Shown here: positions 1 to 9,474 of the stretch, one piece after another
Layout of the letters: each line of letters opens with the position of its first letter
Position numbering within the stretch: the stretch's first letter is position 1
DNA from: Sulfurimonadaceae bacterium
GTDB lineage: Bacteria > Campylobacterota > Campylobacteria > Campylobacterales > Sulfurimonadaceae
Assembly: GCA_041571435.1 (NCBI GenBank)
Contig: JBFFUI010000014.1
Span: 1 to 43,918, forward strand
Direction of reading: 5' to 3'
Length of the DNA stretch: 43,918 nucleotides
The notes under the pieces: model-generated
What the model was told of the DNA's origin: nothing
The model's database searches: none
Seen by the model: only the letters and a program-made list of their open reading frames with translations
Program-made: the position numbers and the translations under genes

Positions 1-51
1 AGTAAAAAGATGGGCAGTGATGAGATTCTCACATATCTTGGACAGTATTAA
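1..51 (+). CDS. 3' end of an upstream gene, probably a DUF58-family protein (partial)
   Basis: Frame 1 reads SKKMGSDEILTYLGQY* to TAA at 49-51 and overlaps the next start. DUF58 usually precedes DUF3488-transglutaminase genes, so the family call is from context only. Confidence 0.5.
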   Translation, partial: SKKMGSDEILTYLGQY

Positions 52-1972
52 GTCCCCGCCAAAGAGTCTGCATCTCGTAGATATAGCGCTCTTTTTGTCG
101 ATTCTGCCCCATCTGGACCGGTTAAAGTTTCCGATGCTCGTTTATCTGCTCGTTGTCTTTGTTGTCCTGCTTCTAAAACGGGAAGTGTCTAAGCCCCTGC
201 AGTATGGGCTGATGCTCTTTGGACTGCTGTCGGTCGTCAGCTCTTTCTACACGGATTTCAACTTTTCATCGTTCAGCAAGTTTGCCCTCTATCTCTCATT
301 TTTGAACGCGTTGTTGATCTATGCCGTTACGCTGCAGCGTCTGAAAGGGGAGTTGAACTTCTACCTCGCTTTCTCTCCGGCGATGTTGCTCATTCTCTCG
401 TTTTTCCTGCATAACTCTGTTGTCATGCTCTTTTACATGGTGTTCGTACTCTATACCTTCTTGCTGCTCTTTATCTGGCATAAGATGAACAGTTCGCTCT
501 ATGATGTGGTAAAGATGTCCCTCTCCATCTTTACCTACTCACTGCCTATTGTTGCACTTCTCTTTATGGTCTTTCCGCGAATCAGTTTTGAAAAAGCGGA
601 TTACGGGTTTCAAGAAGAGTTGATCAAGCGAAGCGGGCATAACGGCCGGATGTCTTTAGGCAGTGACGCCCTTTTGGTTCCGTCACAGCAGGTAGTCATG
701 GAGGTATATTTTAAAGAAAAGCTTCCAAAGGGAGAGGACCTTTACTTCCGTGGAACAACGCTCTATGTCGACAGAAACGACTCTTTCGTACAGTTGGACA
801 GCAGTTATCAAAAATCCTTGAACGCCAAAAACCGGGCCGATAAACTGCGTGAAAGCATAGGGTACACGGTTACGCTCTATCCGCATAATGAAAAGTGGCT
901 TTATGCCCTGGATATTCCGGACACTTCTCCGCCGAAAAGCAAGCTGTACGATGACTACACGATCTTCAGTGATAAAAAGATAGAGAAGGTTTATCGGTAT
1001 AGCCTAAACTCACATTTGTCTTACAGGATGCGTGCACCAATACGCAAAGAGATACGCGAAGCATCACTGGCTGTTGATGATAATCGTGACCGTCAGAGTG
1101 CCGCAATCGCCAGGAGCCTAGTAGCGCCGAGTGATAAAGAGACCCTGAAAAACCTCACCGACTATTTCCAATCTCTGGATCTTGAGTATACGCTCAAGCC
1201 CGATCCCTTGGACAGATTAAGGCCCGTTGACGCATTTTTGCAGGGCACGAAGAAGGGGTATTGCGTTCACTTCGCATCCGCATTTGCCTATATGGCGCGG
1301 GTCGCCAAACTTCCGACCCGTATTGTCACGGGTTTTATGATCAATACGGATGAGGCATTGGATAACTATCTTGTTGTACGGGAGTACACAGCACACGCCT
1401 GGGTCGAGGTCTATCTTGAGGAGGAGGGGTGGCGTCGTGTTGAGACTACCGCATTTGCAAAGCGTTTCGATGCCAATGCGTTGCAAAATCTGGGTACGGC
1501 CGAGTTGAGTCGGACGGAGAGATTTCTACGTTACACCAATCTGCGATTTATGTATGCGAAGTATATCATCGAGACATGGATCCTGGAGTACAGTCGTGTC
1601 AAACAGATGGAACTGCTGAACAAGCTGTTAAACAACACAATGTACCTCGTCAAGTTTCTGCTCTCAGCACTGCTGTTTGTTCTCTTCTCTCTTCTATTGG
1701 CGATGTTCATTAATGCCAGACGTTGCAAAGATAGAGTTCTATGTCTGATGGATCCGCTTTTAAAACAGGCTAAAAGAGAGGGTGTTGAGAAAAAGAGCAA
1801 TGAAAGTATGCATGACTTCTTAATGCGCCTTAAGAGGGTTTATGAAAGCAGTATCCTCGATGAGGTTGATTCGCTCTATCACAGAGTCAAGTATGCAAAA
1901 AGCTATGAGGATAAGGATCTGCAACGGCTCAAAGAGCTGGTGAAGATAACAAAACAAGAGCATCACCGATAG
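17..1972 (+). CDS. tgpA: Membrane-anchored transglutaminase-like protein (DUF3488 + transglutaminase core, TgpA type)
   Basis: N-terminal multi-TM region, LFMVFPRI, LYFRG, catalytic GYCVHFA and HAWVEVY motifs, then GWRRVETT (Glu where Asp is usual). Confidence 0.85.
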   Translation: MMRFSHILDSIKSPPKSLHLVDIALFLSILPHLDRLKFPMLVYLLVVFVVLLLKREVSKPLQYGLMLFGLLSVVSSFYTDFNFSSFSKFALYLSFLNALLIYAVTLQRLKGELNFYLAFSPAMLLILSFFLHNSVVMLFYMVFVLYTFLLLFIWHKMNSSLYDVVKMSLSIFTYSLPIVALLFMVFPRISFEKADYGFQEELIKRSGHNGRMSLGSDALLVPSQQVVMEVYFKEKLPKGEDLYFRGTTLYVDRNDSFVQLDSSYQKSLNAKNRADKLRESIGYTVTLYPHNEKWLYALDIPDTSPPKSKLYDDYTIFSDKKIEKVYRYSLNSHLSYRMRAPIRKEIREASLAVDDNRDRQSAAIARSLVAPSDKETLKNLTDYFQSLDLEYTLKPDPLDRLRPVDAFLQGTKKGYCVHFASAFAYMARVAKLPTRIVTGFMINTDEALDNYLVVREYTAHAWVEVYLEEEGWRRVETTAFAKRFDANALQNLGTAELSRTERFLRYTNLRFMYAKYIIETWILEYSRVKQMELLNKLLNNTMYLVKFLLSALLFVLFSLLLAMFINARRCKDRVLCLMDPLLKQAKREGVEKKSNESMHDFLMRLKRVYESSILDEVDSLYHRVKYAKSYEDKDLQRLKELVKITKQEHHR

Positions 1973-2091
1973 ACTAAGAGATTATTAGTGACTGCGCGAT
2001 TGTAACACGCCAACAGTACTTTACCCCTATGCCATTATCTAAGTAGGCTTACTGTAAAATACTCAATTATTATATAACGGAGTTATTACGA

Positions 2092-2778
2092 ATGGAAAGT
2101 ATGAATGTTATTGACGCTATTAAAGGCCGTTCATCAAAGCGAAAATTTTTAAATAAATCAGTTCCAAAAGAGACAATCGAAAAGATTTTGGAAGCAGCTG
2201 CGATGACACCGAGTGGTGCGAACATGCAGCCTTGGACAGTCTATTCAGTCAGTAATACCGAAATTCTGACAAACATCGGTGATGCTATCATCGAACATAT
2301 CGAAGCGGGCGGTGACGTCGATCAGCATATACAGTATTACCCTCTTAACTGGATCAATCCGTATAAAAAACGTCGTATTCTTACAGGAGCCGGCCTTTAT
2401 AAACTGATGGAAGTCGACCGCCATGATGATGAGACCCGTCAGAAGATGTGGTTTGACAACTACCGCTGGTTCGGAGCACAGAACGTAATTTTTGTCTATA
2501 TTGAGAACGAGCTGATTAACGGTGCACAAGGACCACTTATCGATTGTGGTGCATACATGCAAAGCCTTATGCTGGCAGCCGAAGGGTACGGTTTAGCGAC
2601 GGTACCTCAAGGTTCTACGACCGAGTATGGCAAGATCGTCTCTAAAGTAATAGGTGTGCCGGATAACTATTCGCTGCTCTACAGCGTTGTTGTCGGTTAT
2701 GAAGACAAGGATGCCAAGATCAACACGTACCAGCCTAAACGTGTTGCGATGAAAGACATTGTGACGTTCATCGATTAA
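2092..2778 (+). CDS. Nitroreductase family protein
   Basis: AIKGRSSKRKF, ILEAAAMTPSGANMQPW, DCGAYMQSLMLAA..GL, VVVGY. SD GGAG and a TGTAAAAT -10 lie upstream. Confidence 0.9.
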   Translation: MESMNVIDAIKGRSSKRKFLNKSVPKETIEKILEAAAMTPSGANMQPWTVYSVSNTEILTNIGDAIIEHIEAGGDVDQHIQYYPLNWINPYKKRRILTGAGLYKLMEVDRHDDETRQKMWFDNYRWFGAQNVIFVYIENELINGAQGPLIDCGAYMQSLMLAAEGYGLATVPQGSTTEYGKIVSKVIGVPDNYSLLYSVVVGYEDKDAKINTYQPKRVAMKDIVTFID

Positions 2779-2793
2779 CAACCTTAACGCTCG

Positions 2794-2812
2794 GATTGCC
2801 CTTTCGGGTATC
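2794..2812. terminator. Hairpin between convergent genes
   Basis: GATTGCCC-TTTC-GGGTATC stem-loop 16 nt after the nitroreductase stop; no clear U tract. Confidence 0.4.
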
Positions 2813-2852
2813 GGCGCAATTTATGCCTCGGTTCACCTTTCGACGATATTAT

Positions 2853-3143
2853 CTATCGTCCGCCAAAACGGTCATTCCACCACTCATGCGGTGAGATCGT
2901 CTTCTGCTTGATAAATTCCTCATCAAAACGGTATTCGTACTCTTTAACATACTCTAAAATGATCTTGTAGGCCTCAATGATGTCGCTGCTCATCTTGGTC
3001 GCTGTCTCGGTCTCATCGAGATGTTTGTCGGGGTGCCACTGGTGCATAAGGTTTTTGTAGCGTGCTTTTATTTCTGGAAGTGAGGCTGTGTCGCGAAGGC
3101 CAAGTAGTGTTTTGGCCTTCATAACCTCGTCAAAGGAGTGCAT
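2853..3143 (-). CDS. Small J-domain (DnaJ-type) protein
   Basis: LLGL..ASLPEIKARYK..WHPDKH..IIEAYKII contains the HPD motif. Confidence 0.9.
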   Translation of the reverse strand: MHSFDEVMKAKTLLGLRDTASLPEIKARYKNLMHQWHPDKHLDETETATKMSSDIIEAYKIILEYVKEYEYRFDEEFIKQKTISPHEWWNDRFGGR

Positions 3144-3154
3144 TGGTAGGGCGT

Positions 3155-4297
3155 TTAGTCTTTCTGTTGACGCATGTATGTCGGAACGTCGAGGTAGTCA
3201 TCACTCAGGTCACCGCCGACAACCATTTTAGGGCGTTGTGCCTGTTGTGCCGCTGTTGACTGAGGCTGAGCAGGTGTATCTGAAACAAAGGCGTCATTGT
3301 TGACACCCTGGTTAAGATCTTTTTCAAAACCTGTCGCAACCAGCGTGATACGGATCGCATCGATCGGCATACTCTCATCTGTCGTTGTTCCAAAGATTAC
3401 GTCAGCATCACTGTCGGCACTTTCATGCACGATCTCCATCGCCTCTGTCATCTCCATCATCGGGAATTCAGGGTGCATGTGGAAGTGAACAAGAACACCC
3501 ATCGCACCGTTGATCGACATGTTGTCAAGTAACGGTGATTCAATGGCTGACTTGATCGCTTCATATGCTGCATTCTCACCCTGGTGCTCACCCATACCCA
3601 TGAGTGCCATACCACGATGGTTCATAACAGTTTTAAGGTCGGCAAAGTCAAGGTTGATGTCGTTGTCACCGTGAGAAAGGATCACCCCTGATGTACCGCT
3701 TACCGCTTGGGCAAGAACAGAGTCAACGATCTTGAAACTTTCACGCATACCCAAACGCTTGTCGATGATGGAAAGCAGTTTGTCATTCGGGATGATAACG
3801 ATTGAGTCACACTCGCCTTTAAGATCTTCAAGTCCTTTTTCGGCAAGTTTGGAACGTTTACCGCCCTCGAATTTGAACGGTTTAGTCACAACGGCAATGG
3901 TCAAAGCACCGATCTCTTTAGCGATCTGTGCAACGATAGGGGCCGCACCTGTACCGGTACCGCCGCCGAGACCGGCAGCGATGAAGACAATATCAGCACC
4001 CTCGAGCGCCGTACGAAGTTCGTCATAGCTCTCCAGTGCCGAGTCTTTACCGATAGACGGTTTCATACCTGCGCCAAGACCTTTTGTCAGCTTACCGCCG
4101 AGCTGGATCTTTGTGTTTGCCAATGAATTGTCCAGTACCTGTGCATCGGTGTTCGCAACGACAAGTTCGATACCGCTGACACCTTCGTTGATCATGTGCC
4201 CGATCATGTTGCCGCCACCACCGCCGACACCGACAGCAACGATTCTAGCACCTGTTTGTCGAACGGATTCCTCGATTATAAACATATCACTACTCAT
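3155..4297 (-). CDS. ftsZ: Cell division protein FtsZ
   Basis: GVGGGGGN, ANTDAQ, GLGGGTGTG tubulin signature, INLDFAD, C-terminal YLDVPTYMR core. Confidence 0.99.
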   Translation of the reverse strand: MSSDMFIIEESVRQTGARIVAVGVGGGGGNMIGHMINEGVSGIELVVANTDAQVLDNSLANTKIQLGGKLTKGLGAGMKPSIGKDSALESYDELRTALEGADIVFIAAGLGGGTGTGAAPIVAQIAKEIGALTIAVVTKPFKFEGGKRSKLAEKGLEDLKGECDSIVIIPNDKLLSIIDKRLGMRESFKIVDSVLAQAVSGTSGVILSHGDNDINLDFADLKTVMNHRGMALMGMGEHQGENAAYEAIKSAIESPLLDNMSINGAMGVLVHFHMHPEFPMMEMTEAMEIVHESADSDADVIFGTTTDESMPIDAIRITLVATGFEKDLNQGVNNDAFVSDTPAQPQSTAAQQAQRPKMVVGGDLSDDYLDVPTYMRQQKD

Positions 4298-4310
4298 TTC
4301 ACACTCCTTG

Positions 4311-5684
4311 TTAAAATAACTGGGTCATCCAGTTCCAGAATTTTGAAAACGCACCTGCTTCCTGTTCACCCTTACTCTTTTTCGGGGTGATAGGTTGTCC
4401 AATCTTTATGTTGCTGGGTTTCGCAGGAAACTCTTCATCGATTGTTGGGATACCGGCAGTTTCGACATCAGCCAGATCCGGCATCTCAAGATCTTCAAAG
4501 TCATTTTTTGTATGACGCATCTTCTTGTTCACATCCACCTCATAGAGAGAGTAGCCGTTTGCTTCGTAACGAAGCAGACCGATGGCACCCGAATAAGAGG
4601 GGTTGCGCAGTTGATCGAACAGCCCGTCGACCTCGATCGGTTTGGCTACACGTACCGGCAGATTGTCAAAGATGGCACTAGCAAGCTCACGCAAGCCGTC
4701 CATGTTGGTAAAACCGCCTGTCAAGACGACACCTGCACCCATCTGTTCTTTCAGCCCGCTTTTTTCCAGTGACTGTGCGATGATCATCAACGTCTCTTCG
4801 ACACGTGCATAGATGACATTGTGAACCACCTCTAAAGAGACTTCATGTGTTGATGTCTCATCTCCGATGATAGGTAGTTCTATCAGGTCGTTGTTCGGCG
4901 TATGCAGCGAACCGTATTCCATCTTGACATTATCGGCCACATTTAGCGGTGTATGCAGTGCCATAGAGAGGTCGTTGGTGATATGGTTAGAACCGACACC
5001 CAGGAAATCGTTGTAACGAATCGCATTACCGACATGGATGACGATATTGCTGGTACTGCCGCCCATGTCAACAACAGCGACACCAAGCTCTTTCTCATCA
5101 TCGTTCAAGACAGCGATCGCCGAAGCATAGCCGCTAAGGACCACGTTGTCCACCTCGACACCTGCTGCACGAACAGCCTTTCGAAGGTTGTTGAAGTTTG
5201 ATTTTAGCGTGGTAATGATGTGCGTTTCGACTTCCAGACGCGATGCATTCATCCCTAACGGATCTTCAATGTAGTCCTGATCGTCTACTTTGAAGTTAAA
5301 GGGAAGGGTATGCAGTATCTCGTACTCATTCGGGATATTGGCATTGTAAAGCGAAGTACGCATAACGCGTTCGATCTCTTTTAACGAGATCTCTTTGTTC
5401 GGAATGTTGACAATACCGCTGGAGATTAAGCTTTTTGTGTAGGCACCGGAGATACTTACCGTCGCTTTTTTGATCTCAGTTCCAGCTACGCGCTTGGCGT
5501 CCGACAGGGCACTTTTAATAGATTTTGAGGCTAATTCAATGTTCGTGATGCTGCCTTTTTTAAGGCCTTGTGCTTTAGCAATACCGGCACCCGTGATCTG
5601 TATATTGTTCTCAGAATCAATATTGGCGATAATCGCGCAGATCTTGGTGGAACCAATGTCAATTGCTAAAACTGTTCTGCTCAC
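4311..5684 (-). CDS. ftsA: Cell division protein FtsA
   Basis: IDIGSTKI, VVDMGGS, VLTGG, C-terminal amphipathic helix FSKFWNWMTQLF; directly upstream of ftsZ. Confidence 0.98.
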   Translation of the reverse strand: MSRTVLAIDIGSTKICAIIANIDSENNIQITGAGIAKAQGLKKGSITNIELASKSIKSALSDAKRVAGTEIKKATVSISGAYTKSLISSGIVNIPNKEISLKEIERVMRTSLYNANIPNEYEILHTLPFNFKVDDQDYIEDPLGMNASRLEVETHIITTLKSNFNNLRKAVRAAGVEVDNVVLSGYASAIAVLNDDEKELGVAVVDMGGSTSNIVIHVGNAIRYNDFLGVGSNHITNDLSMALHTPLNVADNVKMEYGSLHTPNNDLIELPIIGDETSTHEVSLEVVHNVIYARVEETLMIIAQSLEKSGLKEQMGAGVVLTGGFTNMDGLRELASAIFDNLPVRVAKPIEVDGLFDQLRNPSYSGAIGLLRYEANGYSLYEVDVNKKMRHTKNDFEDLEMPDLADVETAGIPTIDEEFPAKPSNIKIGQPITPKKSKGEQEAGAFSKFWNWMTQLF

Positions 5685-5685
5685 C

Positions 5686-7152
5686 TTAGTTGCCTCCTAC
5701 GTATGATTCGACTGTGAACTTACTCTCGAGCATCTTGATCAAAGCTGTATTGAAGATCGAAGTTTTCAGTTGTGTTACTTGAGCTGCTTCGGTACCCGCA
5801 GTTGTATCAGTCAGTTTCTGTGCGGTGATATTGAACAGCACCACTTTCTTGTCATTGAGGGGGATATAGCCGCGCTTTTGTGCTGAAGCAAAAAGTTTTG
5901 AGACAAAAAGTTTAGTCTCTTTTTCGCTCAGGCCTCCAAGTGCTTCGCTTTGTGTCGCTGAAATAAACCCGCTCTGGACACCGCTGAAGCTCTCCAGTGA
6001 GCTGTTTGCCAGTTCCTGAAGCTTCTGGGCACTCTGCTGTGCACTGTAATCTGTAAGTACGGCTGGCTTAGCTTCTTCAAATGATTTTGCTGTTGCCGGA
6101 TTCACCTGCTCCAGTTTGATGGTGATATAGTTGTCACCAACCTTGCGTGATTTCAGAAACGGGCTGGTGATATTAAGTGCAGTGATCTCGGCAAAGATCT
6201 CGTCACCGTACGTATTGTTCTCTTCGTCTACAGTGATGGTCTCGACCGGGATACTGCTGTCAAGTGTTCCGTTTTTGAATGCGATGTAGTTGCGAAGAGA
6301 TTGTTTATTGGTCGCTTTATCAACTAAAGCAGCGATGACCTGTTCTCTGGCAGCATCCAGTGGCAGTATCTTTCCTTCGGCATCCGTAAAGTTAGTACGG
6401 TTTGCTTGGTAGTACTCTTGGATCGAGGTTTCATTTGCATCAGCAGAGACCTTCTCTTGTGTTACAATCTGAAGTGTGAACGATGGTTTGTTCATGTAGT
6501 TCTGCTGACGTGTCTCCCAAAATGCTTTGAGCACTTTATCCGAAGTGTCGAGTGTGATATCGTTGGCATCAAGAATCTTGTATTCGATCTTGTCAGCGAT
6601 ACTGTTTGCCGTTGTGAAGATTTTCTCTTCAAGAGGAAGTGTCTCACTTTGAAACAGTGAAAGTACTTTTTGAATGAGGATCGAGTTGCGCAGATCGCTC
6701 TCATATTCAGTTACACTGAGATTGTTCTGTTTGAGGACTTTGACATAGAGCTCTTTTGAGAAGCTGCCGTTTTCAAAGAACATCTCTTGGGAGAGAATGA
6801 CTTTTGAGAGCTCTTCTTTGGTGACCTGAAGGTTATAGCTGTTAGCTAAGTTTAAGACAAGAGCCTGTTCGATGACCTGGCGCAATGCTTGTTGTTTTAA
6901 ACCAAAACTTTCAGCCTGCTTTTCGTCGAAGTTTCCTTGGAAAACCTGGTTGTACTGTCCGTAAAGACGGCTGTAGGCCTGTTGCCATTCACGCTGACTG
7001 ACAGAGATGTCGCCCACTTTGGCGACGGCTCCGGCTTTATCGCCGTAGCTGTATTGTCCCCATCCGACAAAACCGGCGCCGATAAAAGCGAAAGTCGATA
7101 TCCAGATGGTGATTACTAGGTATTTTCGGTGTCTTTGCATCCAAGTGATCAT
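5686..7152 (-). CDS. PpiD/SurA-N-domain periplasmic chaperone (peptidylprolyl isomerase family)
   Basis: MITWMQRHRKYLVITIWIS..AF..AGFVGWG membrane anchor followed by AVAKVG; typical position upstream of ftsA in Campylobacterota. Confidence 0.88.
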   Translation of the reverse strand: MITWMQRHRKYLVITIWISTFAFIGAGFVGWGQYSYGDKAGAVAKVGDISVSQREWQQAYSRLYGQYNQVFQGNFDEKQAESFGLKQQALRQVIEQALVLNLANSYNLQVTKEELSKVILSQEMFFENGSFSKELYVKVLKQNNLSVTEYESDLRNSILIQKVLSLFQSETLPLEEKIFTTANSIADKIEYKILDANDITLDTSDKVLKAFWETRQQNYMNKPSFTLQIVTQEKVSADANETSIQEYYQANRTNFTDAEGKILPLDAAREQVIAALVDKATNKQSLRNYIAFKNGTLDSSIPVETITVDEENNTYGDEIFAEITALNITSPFLKSRKVGDNYITIKLEQVNPATAKSFEEAKPAVLTDYSAQQSAQKLQELANSSLESFSGVQSGFISATQSEALGGLSEKETKLFVSKLFASAQKRGYIPLNDKKVVLFNITAQKLTDTTAGTEAAQVTQLKTSIFNTALIKMLESKFTVESYVGGN

Positions 7153-7303
7153 ATGTGATGTTGCCCTTAATATATCAATTGGTTATATTTTATGTTTTTA
7201 AATATTAAACTAGCCTAAAAGTTCCCTAATTTAGGCAGATTGTCGCATTTTTTGCAAATGCAGATTTCGCTATGATTAGAACAGCAAAACGAATGAAGGT
7301 TGA

Positions 7304-8602
7304 ATGATGAATAATGAGATGATGGCCAGTAGAGATCTTGATGTGATATGGCATCCGTGTACCCAGATGAAAGACCACGAGTTTTTGCCAATGATACCTG
7401 TAAAAAGCGGAAAAGGTGTCTATTTGGAGGATTTCGAAGGCAACCGTTATATCGATGCTATCAGTTCCTGGTGGGTCAATATCTTCGGCCATGCCAACGA
7501 TTACATCAATACAGCGGTAAAAAAGCAGCTGGACACACTCGAACATGTTATTCTGGCAGGCTTTACCCACGAACAGGTCATACGGTTGAGTGAACGTCTT
7601 GTCAAATTGACCCCCGAAGGACTAACACGCTGTTTTTACGCAGACAACGGTTCATCGGCTGTTGAAGTCGCGTTGAAAATGAGTTACCACTTCCATAAGA
7701 ACCAGGGTAGAGAGCGTCCGCTGTTCGTCTCACTGAACAACTCGTATCACGGCGAGACTATTGGCGCCCTCTCTGTCGGTGATGTTGAACTGTACAAAGA
7801 GACCTATGAGCCGCTTCTTATCCGTTCTATTCAGACCCCGGTACCGAAAGACCAAAGTGAAGCTGCCGCCCTCGAAGCTGCAGAAGCTTTGGAAGCGTGT
7901 TTTAAAACACACCATGATGAGATCGCAGCCTTGATCGTCGAACCGCTGATTCAAGCTGCTGGTTCGATGCATATGTACCATCCGCTCTTTTTGACAAAGG
8001 CGCGAGAACTCTGCACCGCTTACGGTGTTCATCTGATAGCGGATGAAGTGATGGCAGGCTTTGGCAGGACGGGAAGTATGTTCGCTGTCGAGCAGGCCGG
8101 TATAACACCGGATTACATTGTGTTATCCAAGGGGCTTACAGGAGGCTATTTACCGCTCTCTGTCGTACTAACAACCGACGAGGTCTACCGTGCTTTTTAT
8201 TGTGACTACAAACTTTACAAAGCTTTTTTACATTCACATTCATACACAGGAAATGCTCTTGCATGTGCTGCCGCCAATGCGACACTTGACCTTTTTGAAT
8301 CAGAAAATATTATAGAACGCAATAAAGAGACAGCAGCATATATCGCGTCAAAACTGGAAAGATTCAAGAGTTTGGACAATGTCAAAGAGGTGCGCCAATG
8401 CGGGATGGTCGCCGCGATAGAGCTGAAAGGTTATGATACCAGTGAGCGGATCGGTCTCAAAGTGTATGAACATGGCCTCAAAAACGGTGTTCTTCTCCGT
8501 CCTCTTGGCCATATTGTCTATTTCATGCCGCCTTATATCATCACAAAAGAAGAGATAGATGTTATGATGGATACGGCCTATGATGCCATCTCTCAAATAT
8601 AG
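7304..8602 (+). CDS. bioA: Adenosylmethionine-8-amino-7-oxononanoate (DAPA) aminotransferase
   Basis: IWHPCTQM, DAISSWW, GSSAVEVALKM, YHGET, LIADEV, SKGLTGGY (PLP Lys), HSHSYTGN. Confidence 0.97.
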   Translation: MMNNEMMASRDLDVIWHPCTQMKDHEFLPMIPVKSGKGVYLEDFEGNRYIDAISSWWVNIFGHANDYINTAVKKQLDTLEHVILAGFTHEQVIRLSERLVKLTPEGLTRCFYADNGSSAVEVALKMSYHFHKNQGRERPLFVSLNNSYHGETIGALSVGDVELYKETYEPLLIRSIQTPVPKDQSEAAALEAAEALEACFKTHHDEIAALIVEPLIQAAGSMHMYHPLFLTKARELCTAYGVHLIADEVMAGFGRTGSMFAVEQAGITPDYIVLSKGLTGGYLPLSVVLTTDEVYRAFYCDYKLYKAFLHSHSYTGNALACAAANATLDLFESENIIERNKETAAYIASKLERFKSLDNVKEVRQCGMVAAIELKGYDTSERIGLKVYEHGLKNGVLLRPLGHIVYFMPPYIITKEEIDVMMDTAYDAISQI

Positions 8603-8611
8603 GAAAAAATT

Positions 8612-9184
8612 ATGCTGAGATTTCTCTGGATATTATCACTATTACTTACTTATATATATGCAGAAGAGATTACAGTCGATACAAAAGCGATTACAAAAGT
8701 GCATAACGATCTACGCAAAAAGTACAATTCGCCGGCACTGACCTATTCAAATAAGCTTGAAAGTGCAGCACGTACCTGGGCAAAAAAACTTCAACAAGAT
8801 GGCTGCAGGATGGTGCACTCACATGGCAAAGTCGGTTTAAACGGTGAGAATCTTTTCTGGGCAAGCGCCGTTAAAACAGCCAATGCCAAAGATGCCAACG
8901 GCAGTTGGATCTGGCGCAGTAAACTGAAAAAGGTCAAAGAGGAAGCAGTCGTTCAGGCCTGGTATGATGAAGTGCAGTGGTATGATTATGAGACGAACAG
9001 CTGTGAAGAAGGGAAGGTTTGCGGACATTTCACTCAGCTTATCTGGAATACGACAACCGAGCTTGGCTGTGCAGCGATGGCCTGTGATGACCGCTCTCAG
9101 GTCTGGGTCTGTGAGTATACACCGGCAGGAAATGTATCGGTAAGAGATACTTCGGGAAATGTTGAAAAGTTGAGACCGTATTGA
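8612..9184 (+). CDS. Secreted CAP/SCP (PR-1-like) domain protein
   Basis: Signal peptide; HNDLR, GENL, WYDEVQWYDY, CGHFTQLIW, LGCA, VCEYTPAGN. Confidence 0.93.
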   Translation: MLRFLWILSLLLTYIYAEEITVDTKAITKVHNDLRKKYNSPALTYSNKLESAARTWAKKLQQDGCRMVHSHGKVGLNGENLFWASAVKTANAKDANGSWIWRSKLKKVKEEAVVQAWYDEVQWYDYETNSCEEGKVCGHFTQLIWNTTTELGCAAMACDDRSQVWVCEYTPAGNVSVRDTSGNVEKLRPY

Positions 9185-9474
9185 AAGAAGAAAATACCTG
9201 GTACGACATCAATGTGGAAGAATGCTTGAGCGTTCGCGAGAGAAAAGATAACTGTGTATCGCTAAGCCAGGTGACCTGAGTGTTCGGGCTGATTGGATGG
9301 TGAGACTGTTCATGATTTTTGGTATTTTTTCTCTCAGTTAGGCGTTTTAGAGTATGATTGTTAATAGCTGGTTTTGTCCGGTTTGTGGCTGTTCATCTCC
9401 TATATGTACCTGCTGTACATCTCTTTTGTGCAAAGCAGCGAGCAGCCTAAACACAGATTATAAAAAGGTAGACT

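Noticed and set aside
9181..9450. A frame containing four TGA codons and no other stop until TAA, suggesting TGA reassignment
   Set aside because: TGA is used as a normal stop elsewhere (CAP gene, rsmH, argH, pheS) and the read-through product has no recognisable features.
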